This document shows, piece by piece, positions 38,575 through 48,978 of a stretch of DNA of 64,000 bases. Positions within the stretch are counted from its first letter, which is position 1, and each line of letters opens with the position of its first letter. The position numbers were made by a program, and so were the translations under genes. The DNA is from an uncultured Verrucomicrobiales bacterium (lineage in GTDB: Bacteria; Verrucomicrobiota; Verrucomicrobiia; Verrucomicrobiales; DEV007). Below the pieces are notes generated by a model that saw nothing but the letters and a program-made list of their open reading frames with translations, did not search any database and was not told where the DNA came from. The DNA lies in the NCBI GenBank assembly GCA_938091905.1, contig CALKOM010000023.1, positions 77,082-141,081 on the forward strand, written 5' to 3'.

Positions 38575-39159
38575 GCCCAAAAAACAGTGCGCGTAGTTCT
38601 CCGTGTTGAACTAGATTAATGTAATGTCAGGATCAAACGGACCAGCATTTGGTAGGCCAACAGAATCGAGCCCGTCACTCACATCCGTCGTTCGCAAACC
38701 CCGGAACAAGTCAAGGATCCGTTAATCCTTCGTCGCAGAGTATACTCGCGTGCTCAGAAAGTGATAGCCGCTTTGCATCGACGCCACCGGAGGCACCTAG
38801 CCACCGGTCTCCGGCATGTCTTGCGCAATCATCCAACTCGCCATTCCGAGCGCAACGGTCGCGTAGCTATCAATAGATAAGATTTCGTAGTCATAGCATC
38901 CCAACAGTGAACATTCCCACTTCGACAAAAAGCGTTGAACGGAAGCGTTTTTGTTCGGCCGAATTCATCCGAAAGTTGGAATTTAAACCTTTAAGCCTTG
39001 CCTCCAAAAATTCCCTCGTTTACCGTTAGAATGAAGATCGTGCGATGCGTTCTTTAGCAGTTGCCAAGCCTTACGAGAGCTTAAAACCTATACCATACAT
39101 ACATAAACCAAGCCCTCGGCATGGTTGCTGTTTCATCTAACGCAAACCGCAATCATAAC

Positions 39160-39804
39160 ATGACCATACCTAAAAAATGCGGTCGGGGGTTCACCCTGAT
39201 CGAGTTGTTAGTCGTCATCGCCATCATCGCGACGCTCGCGTCGATCTCGGTGCCGGCGATTCAATCCGCCCAAATGCGAGCTCGTATGGTGCGTTCTAGT
39301 TCGGACGCGCGCAATGTGCTTCTCGCACTCACCTCCTACGCTACCGAGAATGGCGGACTCTACCCAGAGTCCTCAGACTCGGCGAACGCGGCCTTTCGTA
39401 AGCTGTTCCCGCAGCACTGCGACCAAGAGGCCATGTTCTACCTCCGAAACGACCGTTTGCATTGCAACACAAAAGCTCCAGACGAAGGCGGTCATATCCT
39501 CGCTCCCGGGGAAAACCACTGGGCATACGTCAGTGGCCTGACCGATAGCAAGAAATCGAATACACCCATCATCATGGATGCCTTCACCGACGGCATCGGA
39601 AGTTACGATGGTGACCATGCCTGGAATCGGTTAGGTCAAGTCCCCGTCGGCACCCTCGACGGTTCCATACAAACCCGCAATCTCAACGCGGACGGCATCG
39701 TCCCAGATTACTCGGGCAAAGGGAATCTCTTCGAGATCCCGGCAATCGACGACGATGACCTCGTCGAGATCCTCAATCCCGAGCGCCGCCACAAGTCAGA
39801 CTGA
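39160..39804 (+). CDS. Prepilin-type N-methylation domain protein (PVC pilin/pseudopilin-like)
   Basis: RGFTLIELLVVIAIIATLASISVPA. Probable ATG at 39160. Confidence 0.9.
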   Translation: MTIPKKCGRGFTLIELLVVIAIIATLASISVPAIQSAQMRARMVRSSSDARNVLLALTSYATENGGLYPESSDSANAAFRKLFPQHCDQEAMFYLRNDRLHCNTKAPDEGGHILAPGENHWAYVSGLTDSKKSNTPIIMDAFTDGIGSYDGDHAWNRLGQVPVGTLDGSIQTRNLNADGIVPDYSGKGNLFEIPAIDDDDLVEILNPERRHKSD

Positions 39805-39821
39805 CGACACAACCAGCACCT

Positions 39822-39849
39822 AGGCCGGGGTCTTTCAGGGCCTCGGCCT
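39822..39849. terminator. GC-rich hairpin between convergent genes (probable terminator)
   Basis: aggccgggg...cctcggcct stem between the stops of the pilin-like gene and ispF. The U-tract is weak. Confidence 0.5.
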
Positions 39850-39853
39850 TCTG

Positions 39854-40333
39854 CTACTCAGGCATAGCGATCGTCGCCACTGCCATAGCTGACATCCCTT
39901 CCTCGCGCCCGAGGAAGCCCATCTTCTCATTCGTGGTCGCCTTAACTCCAACCTGCCCCACCGAAATCCCCAACGCCTCGGAAATATGCTCTTTCATCGC
40001 TGCCGCATGCGGCAGAATCTTCGGCGCTTCCGCGATCAACGTACTATCCACATTGTGTAATACAGCACCTTTCTCCATCACAAGATCACGCGCCTTGCGC
40101 AAGATCTCCAAGCTACAGATCCCAGCGCAACTCGGATCGCCAGGAGGGAAGAAATGCCCAATGTCGGGCTCCCCCATGGCACCCAACACTGCGTCTGCAA
40201 TCGCATGACTCAACACATCCGCATCGGAATGCCCAGCCAATCCCCGATCATGAGGAATCGTCACCCCGCCCAAGACAAGAGGGCGCCCTTCCGCAAATTG
40301 ATGCACGTCATAACCTAAACCAGTCCGAATCAT
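39854..40333 (-). CDS. ispF: 2-C-methyl-D-erythritol 2,4-cyclodiphosphate synthase
   Basis: GLGYDVH, GHSDADVLSHAIADA, DIGHFFP and VKATTNEKMGFLGREEG. Confidence 0.97.
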   Translation of the reverse strand: MIRTGLGYDVHQFAEGRPLVLGGVTIPHDRGLAGHSDADVLSHAIADAVLGAMGEPDIGHFFPPGDPSCAGICSLEILRKARDLVMEKGAVLHNVDSTLIAEAPKILPHAAAMKEHISEALGISVGQVGVKATTNEKMGFLGREEGMSAMAVATIAMPE

Positions 40334-40423
40334 GAGTAGTGCCTAACGAGTAGAAACGCTCCTGTCAAACGAGCGCCATTTAGAAGCTTGCTCTGATCCT
40401 CTGAAATTGGCTTCACTCCAGCC

Positions 40424-41203
40424 ATGAAACGAGTTCTTCTTCCTCTTATCACCGTAACTTGCCTCTTCATGACTTCAGCAATTGCACAAGATCGCCAGTG
40501 GTTCCACGTCCTGACCTACCACTTGAACTCTGAACAGGCAGAAGCACTCTTCGACAAGACCTTTGCAGAGGCCATCCTCCCTGGACTGAAAAAGCAGGGA
40601 GTTGGTCCTGTAGGCGTCTTCAAACCAATCAAGTTTGCCAAGAAACAAGACGAACCTAATCGGCAACGGTGTGTCGTTTATCCGCTCAGCTCTCCCGAAC
40701 AGATAATGAGTCTGTCAGAGAAGCTCGGCTCAGATAGCGTCTTCCTCCAAAGTGCTGCAGATTATCTTGGCGTAGAGAAAGACGCCGCCGTCTTCTCTCG
40801 CGTGGAGTCATCACTACTCTATGCCTTTGAAGGAATGCCTCAGTTGGCTGTGCCAGGCAAAGCAGATGACAAACCTCGGGTCTTCGAACTGCGTATTTAC
40901 GAGAGTTTCAGCGAAATGAAAGGGAAGCTCAAGGTTCAAATGTTCAATAAAGGTGAGATCGATATCTTCAAGGCTGTGGGGCTCGAGGCCGTCTTCTATG
41001 GCGAAGCGGTCGTAGGCAAAAACCTTCCTCAGCTAACCTACATGCTCGTCTATAATGATGAGGCGCACCACAAAGAGGTTTGGAAGAAATTCCTCACCAG
41101 CCCCGACTGGGAGAAGCTGAAGAAACTCGAACAGTACAAGGATACCGTTTCCAAGATTGAGAACACGTTTATGGCAGCACTTCCTTACTCGGGCATCCAG
41201 TAA
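40424..41203 (+). CDS. Secreted tandem NIPSNAP-domain protein
   Basis: Signal peptide, RVFELRIYES, LTYML and WKKFLTSPDW. Confidence 0.85.
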   Translation: MKRVLLPLITVTCLFMTSAIAQDRQWFHVLTYHLNSEQAEALFDKTFAEAILPGLKKQGVGPVGVFKPIKFAKKQDEPNRQRCVVYPLSSPEQIMSLSEKLGSDSVFLQSAADYLGVEKDAAVFSRVESSLLYAFEGMPQLAVPGKADDKPRVFELRIYESFSEMKGKLKVQMFNKGEIDIFKAVGLEAVFYGEAVVGKNLPQLTYMLVYNDEAHHKEVWKKFLTSPDWEKLKKLEQYKDTVSKIENTFMAALPYSGIQ

Positions 41204-41210
41204 GCTTACC

Positions 41211-43499
41211 CTACTCCAACGCTTTCCTTAACACCAGATAAGGAAAGATCCGGTGGTAGTTGAGTTTTTTGGCAAGCTTCAAATATCCCTCTGCCTTGTT
41301 GGGATGCCGTTGCGCCAAAGCGAAGAGAAGCACACGGCGCTGGTGATTCAGCAGGTCGATACCTAACATTTCCTTATCGCTCGACGGAGGCGCACCCGCA
41401 AGGAACCACGGCTTGATTCCTTGTGCCAGAGAAGGTGTTTCTTCAAGCAAGCTAAGCGCCTGTGAAAGCTGCACTTCGGAGAGCGCAAGAAGACCGCCCG
41501 ACTTGGTGGTGAGCCCGTAGAGTAAGAAATGAAGGAAGGGATCTGTAACCGCACGATCCACCGTAGCAGCCGCCTCCACATAGTCTCCCTTCAAAACTAA
41601 CGCATTGAAGGCCCCCCGACCATTCGTTCGCTCACCGATACTGATGTATCGATCCACGTCGCCCTTCCATTCCGCCCTCACACTCGCAAAGTAGCTCCGA
41701 GAAGCCGCCGTCTCCTCGGACACGAGCGCGCCATCCAGCGAGACACTTTGCACATATCGATCCACCACGGTCTGCGCATGGGATGCCTGCCCATTAGCAT
41801 CATACAAACCTGCTAGTGTCGTGGCCACATGATGATTAAGCGGATCAGCTTGAAGACGTATTCGAAACGTCTCAATGAGTGACGGAAACTGTCCGGTAGC
41901 CAATAGAAGTTCGTCGTGCTGCGCCAGGTAGTCCTCATTGTCTGGCTGCGCCTTCAAGGCAAGATCCATCTGTTGGAGTCCCGCATCAAATTCACCTAAT
42001 GCGGTGTGCCGTCGCGCAAGCGGAAGCAGGGCCTCGATCGCCCCCTGACCGGCTGCCGTCTCCAGATCAGCAATCGCGGCTTCGGAGTCTCTGCGAGTCA
42101 AACTCAGTAGGTAGAAGAGGTCGCCCTCCATGGGCGACCTCTTGACAAGTGCAGCGTAGCGGGCTTCTACATCCGCTTGCATTCCTAATTCAACGGCTAG
42201 AGTTACGTAATGCAAGTGCCAGGGAAACCGAAAAGGTCGATCCGTCAATCGCGCCTCGAGGAATGCCAGTGAGTCTTGAGTCGGAGCTACCTCTAAGAGA
42301 CAGGGAAGCAGCTCGACCGCATCAGAATCCGCTTCTAACTGCAGCCGACAGTAGGCTTCCGCCAGCTCGTTTTCCCCTTGTCCCATCAGAAGGCCACAAA
42401 GACTAGCGAGCGGTCCATCGACCAAATGGTGTAGCACAAAACGATAGGTCTCTGCCTGCTGGGAATGGACTTCTAAAGATTGCGGCGGATCCTTGAAATG
42501 ATCCGTAATTCCGTAAAACAGGTAATAGGGGGCCACCGCATGAAGCGCAAATTGATCCGCATTCGTCTGAGGCTCCTCCGTTTCCGTATTCCGATAAACC
42601 AACTCTTCCCACGAAATCAGCGCCATCTTGTCCGGATTGATCACTGCCGTCGTCGGCCGCGCTCCCTTTCGCTCTGTCAGGTTGAATTCAAAGGGCGCAA
42701 ACTCGAAATTGCCCTCCGCGGGCGACACCTGGACCCAACCGGGCTTCAGCGTCATGCGCTGAAGCACTTGGGGAGGCAAGGTCAAGCGCTCGCCGTTAAC
42801 TAGCACATCATAGGCCTGCGTAGTTCCATTGACCACGTAGACAGATTCGATCCGCTTCTTCAGGGAGTTCGAGAGAGAGGCCGTCACAGCGACAATCAAG
42901 ATCAATGGCACTATCAGAACACGTAGTCCTTGAAAAAACGAACTTGGCGCTGAAGGAGGAGAAGATTCCGGCAGGGCTTCGTAGGCCAGTCGCATTTGAT
43001 GCCGCTCAGGACGATTATCCAGCTGAGCCACCCGACCGAACAGTCTTCGAGCTTCCTGAAATTGCGCAAAGTGTCCGTGACACCAAGCCAGCTGATGAAG
43101 CGTTTCATGCGATTGAGAGAACTGGGCTTCGATCTGGCCCGCTAGCAGAAGAAACTCCTCTAGCTCTCCTAGTGCCACCACTTGTTGGAGCGCCTGGCTA
43201 CAGAGGTTAGGATCCTCAAGATTCGAGGCAAAGGCATCCAGGGCAGGAACAAGAGTTTCCTCACGCTCCTGTTCCCAGTCATCCAATCCATGCGACGTCC
43301 CCTCACCACAGGAGACACATTCTTCATAAATGTGCAGATTACCTAACGGAAACAGTGGGATACCAAGGGCAACAACCATCTTCGTTGCCTCGTAGCTTGG
43401 GCAGAAACAAGCGGCTCCGCAGTGAGGGCATTCACCCCAGCGGAGAGACCAGTGTCGCCGTAGGAGGGGCACCTCCCATCCGAACCAAGTCTTTGGCAT
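41211..43499 (-). CDS. Membrane-anchored TPR-like protein with N-terminal zinc ribbon
   Basis: CPHC...GIPLFPLG...ECVSC zinc ribbon, one TM helix near aa 190-210, and helical TPR-like repeats. Confidence 0.65.
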   Translation of the reverse strand: MPKTWFGWEVPLLRRHWSLRWGECPHCGAACFCPSYEATKMVVALGIPLFPLGNLHIYEECVSCGEGTSHGLDDWEQEREETLVPALDAFASNLEDPNLCSQALQQVVALGELEEFLLLAGQIEAQFSQSHETLHQLAWCHGHFAQFQEARRLFGRVAQLDNRPERHQMRLAYEALPESSPPSAPSSFFQGLRVLIVPLILIVAVTASLSNSLKKRIESVYVVNGTTQAYDVLVNGERLTLPPQVLQRMTLKPGWVQVSPAEGNFEFAPFEFNLTERKGARPTTAVINPDKMALISWEELVYRNTETEEPQTNADQFALHAVAPYYLFYGITDHFKDPPQSLEVHSQQAETYRFVLHHLVDGPLASLCGLLMGQGENELAEAYCRLQLEADSDAVELLPCLLEVAPTQDSLAFLEARLTDRPFRFPWHLHYVTLAVELGMQADVEARYAALVKRSPMEGDLFYLLSLTRRDSEAAIADLETAAGQGAIEALLPLARRHTALGEFDAGLQQMDLALKAQPDNEDYLAQHDELLLATGQFPSLIETFRIRLQADPLNHHVATTLAGLYDANGQASHAQTVVDRYVQSVSLDGALVSEETAASRSYFASVRAEWKGDVDRYISIGERTNGRGAFNALVLKGDYVEAAATVDRAVTDPFLHFLLYGLTTKSGGLLALSEVQLSQALSLLEETPSLAQGIKPWFLAGAPPSSDKEMLGIDLLNHQRRVLLFALAQRHPNKAEGYLKLAKKLNYHRIFPYLVLRKALE

Positions 43500-43603
43500 A
43501 ACAACATCAAAGGGATGATAAGCAGAGGGTCAACGTTCAAGATCCCTCTTTCGCAGCTTGCCTCGTCCACGGCGCAACACTAACATCCCTTCTAAGACGA
43601 TCC

Positions 43604-44533
43604 ATGATCACTGCAACCGCGCCGAACAAAGCATTCGATGACGTGGCAGCAGTGCAAAACGTGAGCCTTGAGGTCGAGCGGGGGCAGACGTTAGGCCTGA
43701 TCGGCCCAAATGGCGCAGGCAAGACCACTCTTCTACGCATGTTGGCCACCTTAGCTAAGCCAGACACGGGTGCCATCACCATCGCAGGCTACGACGCCGT
43801 GCATGAGCCAAGAGAAATTCGACGACGACTCGGATTCATGCCCGCTGAATTCGGAATCCCACGCGATCTCAACATGCGCGAATACATGCAATACTTCACC
43901 TGCCTCGCGGGACTATCTCGGCACACCCGTGACGCCGCCACCAACCAGGCTCTGGAGCTCACCGATCTCCGCGGGCGTGACGACGTCATGGTGAGCGGTC
44001 TTTCCACTGGTAACAAACAGCGCCTTCTCCTCGCCAAGACGCTCATTCACGATCCCGAACTGCTCATTCTAGATGAACCGTCCAGCGGCCTGGACCCACG
44101 AGCGCGTGTAGACGTGCGAGAAATCCTGCAAGAGCTTGCCGGGCTTGGGAAGACGATCGTCATCAGCTCTCATATTCTTAAAGATCTCGATAGCATCTGC
44201 AGCCACGTCCTTATCATGGAAGCAGGTCGTGTCGCGCTCGCGGGAGAAGTTGATAGCTTCAGAAGGCAAATGAGTTCAGGAGATCACCACGTAAAGGTCC
44301 GTGTCTTCCCGAACAAAGCAGCTCAAGCAGCCACCTGCCTCGAACCGCTAACACAACTCACCGACTGCGTGATTGAAACCGAAGGCTGGCTTCGCCTAAC
44401 CAGTAAGAACGCCAGCAACAACTTAATCCTCCGGACGTTACTTGACGAGAGCATTGAAGTGCTTGGTCTGGCAGAAGAATCGTCGGACTTAGAGACACTC
44501 TTCATTCAATCAACGAAAGGAGATGTCACCTAA
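43604..44533 (+). CDS. ABC-2 type transporter ATP-binding protein
   Basis: GPNGAGKTT, LSTGNKQRL, LILDEP and ISSH. Confidence 0.95.
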   Translation: MITATAPNKAFDDVAAVQNVSLEVERGQTLGLIGPNGAGKTTLLRMLATLAKPDTGAITIAGYDAVHEPREIRRRLGFMPAEFGIPRDLNMREYMQYFTCLAGLSRHTRDAATNQALELTDLRGRDDVMVSGLSTGNKQRLLLAKTLIHDPELLILDEPSSGLDPRARVDVREILQELAGLGKTIVISSHILKDLDSICSHVLIMEAGRVALAGEVDSFRRQMSSGDHHVKVRVFPNKAAQAATCLEPLTQLTDCVIETEGWLRLTSKNASNNLILRTLLDESIEVLGLAEESSDLETLFIQSTKGDVT

Positions 44534-46265
44534 CATGGCCACCGCTAAGTATCTTGCCAACGCTGGTCAACACTGGCGCTCCCTCCTAAATAGCCCCACC
44601 TGGTTACGCGACGCCACGACGGTAACTTCGCCATGGCGCTTGGGCTTCTGGTTCATGGTTCTCAACGCGCTCATCATCGGTAGTTTGATCTACGTAGACA
44701 CAGAGATCATACGTGAGCTTGATAACCAGACGGTGATTGCCGAATTGGGACTCGGCAGGTTACTGGCTGGGTCGATCTTCCTCGCACTAACAACCTTTGT
44801 GACAGTCTTTGTACCGGTTCGCACCGCAGGAGTGTTTTACGGACCACGCCTTGGACGCTACTTTGATCAGATTATACTCAGCGGGATCACACCCTGGCGT
44901 TTTCTCATGGGAAAGGTTCTTGGCCAGCAGGCCTTCTTCGCCACTGTCGTCGCAGTTAGCCTCCCCTATTTCATCCTCTGCCTCAGCTTTGGAGGCGTCT
45001 TCTTCTGGGAGCTCTTGCTCTGCACCTTCATACTCTTGGTCTATGTGCAGGTCCTCGTCATTGTCTATCTAGCATTCACCACTTTTTTATCGGAAATCAT
45101 TGCGCTTCCACTAGTCATTGGCCTCTTTGGAGCGGCTGGCGTATTTGGACTACTGCACGTTAGCCCTAACCCTATCGGTGGGATCACGCCAGTCAGCACG
45201 ATCATGGGCATGCTCTACGAAGACACGTCTTCTCACCTTTCCTACACCTTTCGTGGTGGCTTTGGTCAGCTTGGTTTAGTCACAAGCCATGTCTTGCTCT
45301 ACGGAATACTGTCGCTCTCTATGATTGGTCTTGGGAGCTTGGCGGTGGCACTCGGCCCCATCAACGCTCTTACCACAGGCTTGAATACCTTTGGTGCCGT
45401 CGTGCTTCCAGGAGACAAGAACCGTGCGAGCTGGCTAAAGAAACGGTTCGACCTTCGACGCCAGTCTGAGTTCAGTTTCCTCTATGAGAACAACAGCGCG
45501 GCATGGCGCACGCGCGACTTCCAGCGCCGCTGGTCACTGCGGGAGTTGGTCTTTGTTCTGTTCATCGCAGCAGCGCTCATCTGGACTTTCTGGCTTTTCC
45601 CACCGTTCGGTGAGCCTTTCTATCTCCTCTTGCAGCTCATGTGTGTAGGCGCGATCTTTCTCAACGCTAAGCTCTTCGCCGACTCCTGGATGGCGGAACG
45701 CCTCTACACCAAACGCTTGGATGCGGGAACACTCAATGCCCTCCACTTCTGTGGAAACAGTGTCTTAATTTGGTTAGGGTTCGGCTGGCTCCCCTCAGTC
45801 CTGAATTTAGATGTGGAACCGAACGTGTCTGATTCCCCGGCCGAATTCATGGAGATTCAGGAGACGAATCTCTCCCTCGTGACACAATTTGTCGTTATGG
45901 GTTTGGCTTTCTACGCCATCCTCAGATGGATCATTCTACGACGCGTCAACGTGGAATCGAGTTCACTGCTCGCCATCTTTCTCATGATCGTCATCGCTTT
46001 CATTCCGATCTGGTTGAGCGCATTCGCCAACCTCAATACGGCTCTCGATGAACCAGATCGATTCCCCTGGCTAGCGATGGGAAACCCCATCGAGATGATC
46101 GAGAGCGCGAACTCGATGAGAAGGCCTGTCTCTAACGATGACAGGATCGATCTCTATTGGTCTGCTAGTCTCTATTGGTCTGCTAGCCTCTATAGCTTCG
46201 TAGCGTTGTTGTTCACAGCGCTGACTTGGAAAAGCCGCCAACGTCTACCCCGACGCCGCCTATGA
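44523..46265 (+). CDS. Putative ABC transporter permease (multi-TM)
   Basis: Many TM helices and an ABC-2-like segment FDQIILSGITPWRFLMGKV. Coupled to the ATPase gene. Confidence 0.7.
   Translation: MSPNMATAKYLANAGQHWRSLLNSPTWLRDATTVTSPWRLGFWFMVLNALIIGSLIYVDTEIIRELDNQTVIAELGLGRLLAGSIFLALTTFVTVFVPVRTAGVFYGPRLGRYFDQIILSGITPWRFLMGKVLGQQAFFATVVAVSLPYFILCLSFGGVFFWELLLCTFILLVYVQVLVIVYLAFTTFLSEIIALPLVIGLFGAAGVFGLLHVSPNPIGGITPVSTIMGMLYEDTSSHLSYTFRGGFGQLGLVTSHVLLYGILSLSMIGLGSLAVALGPINALTTGLNTFGAVVLPGDKNRASWLKKRFDLRRQSEFSFLYENNSAAWRTRDFQRRWSLRELVFVLFIAAALIWTFWLFPPFGEPFYLLLQLMCVGAIFLNAKLFADSWMAERLYTKRLDAGTLNALHFCGNSVLIWLGFGWLPSVLNLDVEPNVSDSPAEFMEIQETNLSLVTQFVVMGLAFYAILRWIILRRVNVESSSLLAIFLMIVIAFIPIWLSAFANLNTALDEPDRFPWLAMGNPIEMIESANSMRRPVSNDDRIDLYWSASLYWSASLYSFVALLFTALTWKSRQRLPRRRL
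46151..46186 (+). repeat. 18-bp in-frame tandem duplication (LYWSAS x2)
   Basis: tctctattggtctgctag repeated twice, followed by cctctat. Confidence 0.9.
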
Positions 46266-48217
46266 GAGGTTTGCTACTTGGAATCATCACCTGGAGCCTG
46301 CCCGGAATGGTACTGTTAGGCCAACAAAAGTCCGATCTGCCGCTGGAGATCAATTCACCAGAACTAACCATCGATCATCAAGTTGGCTTTGGGGAAATCG
46401 CCTTCAGCGATGCCGCGAACAGTGCGATGTTTCGTGTTCACAACCAGTCAAGCCAAGTTCTCAAAGGTAGACTGATGGTCGAACGCATCCATTTTAACCG
46501 TGGCAAAATCGCTTATCGCAGCAATCTCGAAAGCGTTGAAATCGAGCTTGGCCAAAGCTCGCAGCAATCCTTCTCTTTCTGGTTTAGCCCCATTCGACAA
46601 GGGTCTCTGGCCGTCAATTTCCAAAGCGACAAGGGGAAGACGCTTTGGCAACGGTACGTCTTCCTCCAATTCATAGAGTCTCGTGGCGCAAGGATTCGTC
46701 TTTGGTCGGTGACATCTGAAACAAGCACTCTTATCGCTGGCCCCTTGGGGCAAGGCCCCATTGCATCAAATCCTCGGCGGTCTCGTATAACACCGCTAGA
46801 CACCCGCCCTCTCCATAAAGCGAAGATCCCAGTGTGGGCTCTTCCCAGGGACCCGCGACATCTCGCCAAGGGAAACGGCATCCTGTTAGGCCAGGATGCT
46901 CCGTCACGTTTAACGATGGCCCAAGAAGTAGCGCTTGGTGAATACGTCGCTCACGGAGGCGTCCTGCTCATACCAAAAAACCGCCAAGCCTTTGAGAAAT
47001 CACCGTGGCAACACTCACCGTTCAAAATAACATCCCTCGAGTCTCGCGAGGCCCGATTCGGCCCAGGCAAGGTCCTAAGATATCCACCAACGGCCCTAAC
47101 TGAGGGAAATCGCGACGAGAATGCCTGGATTTACAAAGCCCTCGATGAAAACCCTCATCGTTTGTCTCCTTTGATCGCCTACTCAGCTTCTCGAAGCATG
47201 GGCAGTCGAGCGCGAAGCTCGATTGTCACCTGCGCTTGGTTCTCTGGCCTCTTCCTCTTAGTCACCGGCCCTGTGGCCTGGATGTTTCGAAGCCTAACTC
47301 GACGTCGCTTCCTCTGGCTTCTAGGCAGTGCTATCGGTATCTTCTGCGTAATCGCTGCCTTGTTAGGAGTTCATTTGCAGGCAAAGAAGGGCGAGCTATG
47401 GTGGACCACCATCACCGAGATCGCACCGCAGGGTGGGGGGATTCAAACCGCGGTTCTGGAAATGGAGTCCGCTGGTGCCCGAACACATCAAGTGCAGAGT
47501 AGCAACCCGACGTCAGCATTCCATACAGGAACATACGCTAGCCAAGACTCAGGGAGCACCTCGATCCCTCTACTGCCGTGGAGGAAGAGCGCCCGAATAT
47601 GCGATAGCCAGGTCCCAGACTGTCTACCTATCACATTGCTATTCGAAACCTCAGACTCAATCGAATTGAAACTGAGTTGGGAGAATCCAAACCCCTTCAA
47701 GATCGAAGCCATTCAGGTCTATCTCGCTACAACAGACGGCAGGCCTGCCGATATCTTTGAACCACGCCTGACGGCCTCCCGTCGAAACCCGGTCGACATG
47801 TGGAACACCAGTCTCTTCGGCGCGAATCTTACCCAAGGCAACCACCACACTGTGTTTTCCATGAGCACGAACGGCGAATTCGAGCTCTATGACAAAGGCT
47901 TGAAGGCACTCTGGATGGAAGATGAGACGGCCATCCCGCCGAAGCTTGGCGCCCCCGCTCACTACAACATAAAAAAGCTCAACGAGCGATCGCCCTACAG
48001 TGGCCTGGTCGTCTTTCAGGTGGACCGCTCACCAGGCTTCACACTGAACGAGTCGAAGACAAACTTTATATTTGGCCCCGGACTTCACTATGTTGTACAG
48101 CAGATTCCCGAAACGTCTCTTCCCTATTACGAGAAGCTTTTCACGAAAGCGCCCTATCCTGTTCCGACGACCACCAGATCTAACCAACGTCGTCGCGTAA
48201 GACAACGCGAACTCTAA
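46262..48217 (+). CDS. Hypothetical membrane protein, third gene of the ABC operon
   Basis: ATGA overlap with the permease stop, signal-like N-terminus, ALGEYVAHGGVLLI (GATase-like segment) and two central TM helices. Confidence 0.65.
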   Translation: MRGLLLGIITWSLPGMVLLGQQKSDLPLEINSPELTIDHQVGFGEIAFSDAANSAMFRVHNQSSQVLKGRLMVERIHFNRGKIAYRSNLESVEIELGQSSQQSFSFWFSPIRQGSLAVNFQSDKGKTLWQRYVFLQFIESRGARIRLWSVTSETSTLIAGPLGQGPIASNPRRSRITPLDTRPLHKAKIPVWALPRDPRHLAKGNGILLGQDAPSRLTMAQEVALGEYVAHGGVLLIPKNRQAFEKSPWQHSPFKITSLESREARFGPGKVLRYPPTALTEGNRDENAWIYKALDENPHRLSPLIAYSASRSMGSRARSSIVTCAWFSGLFLLVTGPVAWMFRSLTRRRFLWLLGSAIGIFCVIAALLGVHLQAKKGELWWTTITEIAPQGGGIQTAVLEMESAGARTHQVQSSNPTSAFHTGTYASQDSGSTSIPLLPWRKSARICDSQVPDCLPITLLFETSDSIELKLSWENPNPFKIEAIQVYLATTDGRPADIFEPRLTASRRNPVDMWNTSLFGANLTQGNHHTVFSMSTNGEFELYDKGLKALWMEDETAIPPKLGAPAHYNIKKLNERSPYSGLVVFQVDRSPGFTLNESKTNFIFGPGLHYVVQQIPETSLPYYEKLFTKAPYPVPTTTRSNQRRRVRQREL

Positions 48218-48260
48218 CAACAACGCTTGCGCCGTCCGAGTCCGAAAAGCAGGGATGCAA

Positions 48261-48810
48261 CTAACGATAACTTAATTCGAGACTCAGGAATTGATGCTCC
48301 AATTTGGCGAACGCAAATCGATCATTGCCAGTCATCTCCTCCAAGTCATCGAGGCGCAAATAGACGGTGGTCGCATTCTGAATTGAAGACGCGCCACTGA
48401 GATCGGCCTCCACCGTATCGAAGAGGTTACCGTCAATGGCCCAATTCACATCGATGCCCTCATTGTGATCGAGCGCCTGGGTAAAGCCGGTTCCGATCAA
48501 GCTGTACGCTATGTAAGAGATACACCTTCGGAACGGTTATCAAACCGCATCGTAAGGTCCTCGTTCCCCACGAACTAGTTTGGATGATCGCTTCCGCATT
48601 TGGACCTAATTAACACGCCTGCGGCATCCGTATGGGCCACACCATCCTTTCTATTGGCGTCAAGATCGCCGTCGGCTAGGGTCCTTTCCGTTGATCTCAC
48701 CCGATTAGGGGGCAGTCGTGGAGGAGGCAGCATCGGCACCAAACTTCCAATTTGACTGACTGCGTGGCAGCCTCCGAGGCCAATGACGAGCTGAAACACA
48801 CCACCAAGAA
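48261..48810 (-). pseudogene. Probable remnant of a small secreted protein gene
   Basis: Protein-like fragments in shifting frames: NWKFGADAASSTTAP*, NEDLTMRFDNRSEG and FDTVEADLSGASSIQNATTVYLRL. Confidence 0.35.
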
Positions 48811-48978
48811 AATCGATCAAACCATCATCCCTTTTAATTCCTTAGTAATTGTCCCCAATCTCAAATAATCTTCACTTTTATGAACTATCTCTGGTAGAAG
48901 ACCGCTTGGACGAATTCTGCCCCCCGCTGCGCATGCTTTCTCTTTCGTCCACCAGCGATCGCTGCCTATAGTCACCAC

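Larger units (their letters stand above)
37928..38894 (-). pseudogene. RraA/HMG-aldolase family gene, heavily disrupted
   Basis: Manual minus-strand reading gives LFRGLRTTDVSDGLDSVGL, GFAVTARFVP, LVVIDDD, GVVTNGSVRDSDEI, VNRPIVVGGVCVIPG and VVA(DG)18VVLVP...QLYDQLAMP. These segments are interrupted by stops and frameshifts. Confidence 0.82.

Noticed and set aside
38920..39070. Possible c-di-GMP-I riboswitch upstream of the pilin-like gene (GAAA loop, cagttgcc)
   Set aside because: The conserved GCAAA elements and P2 stem are missing.
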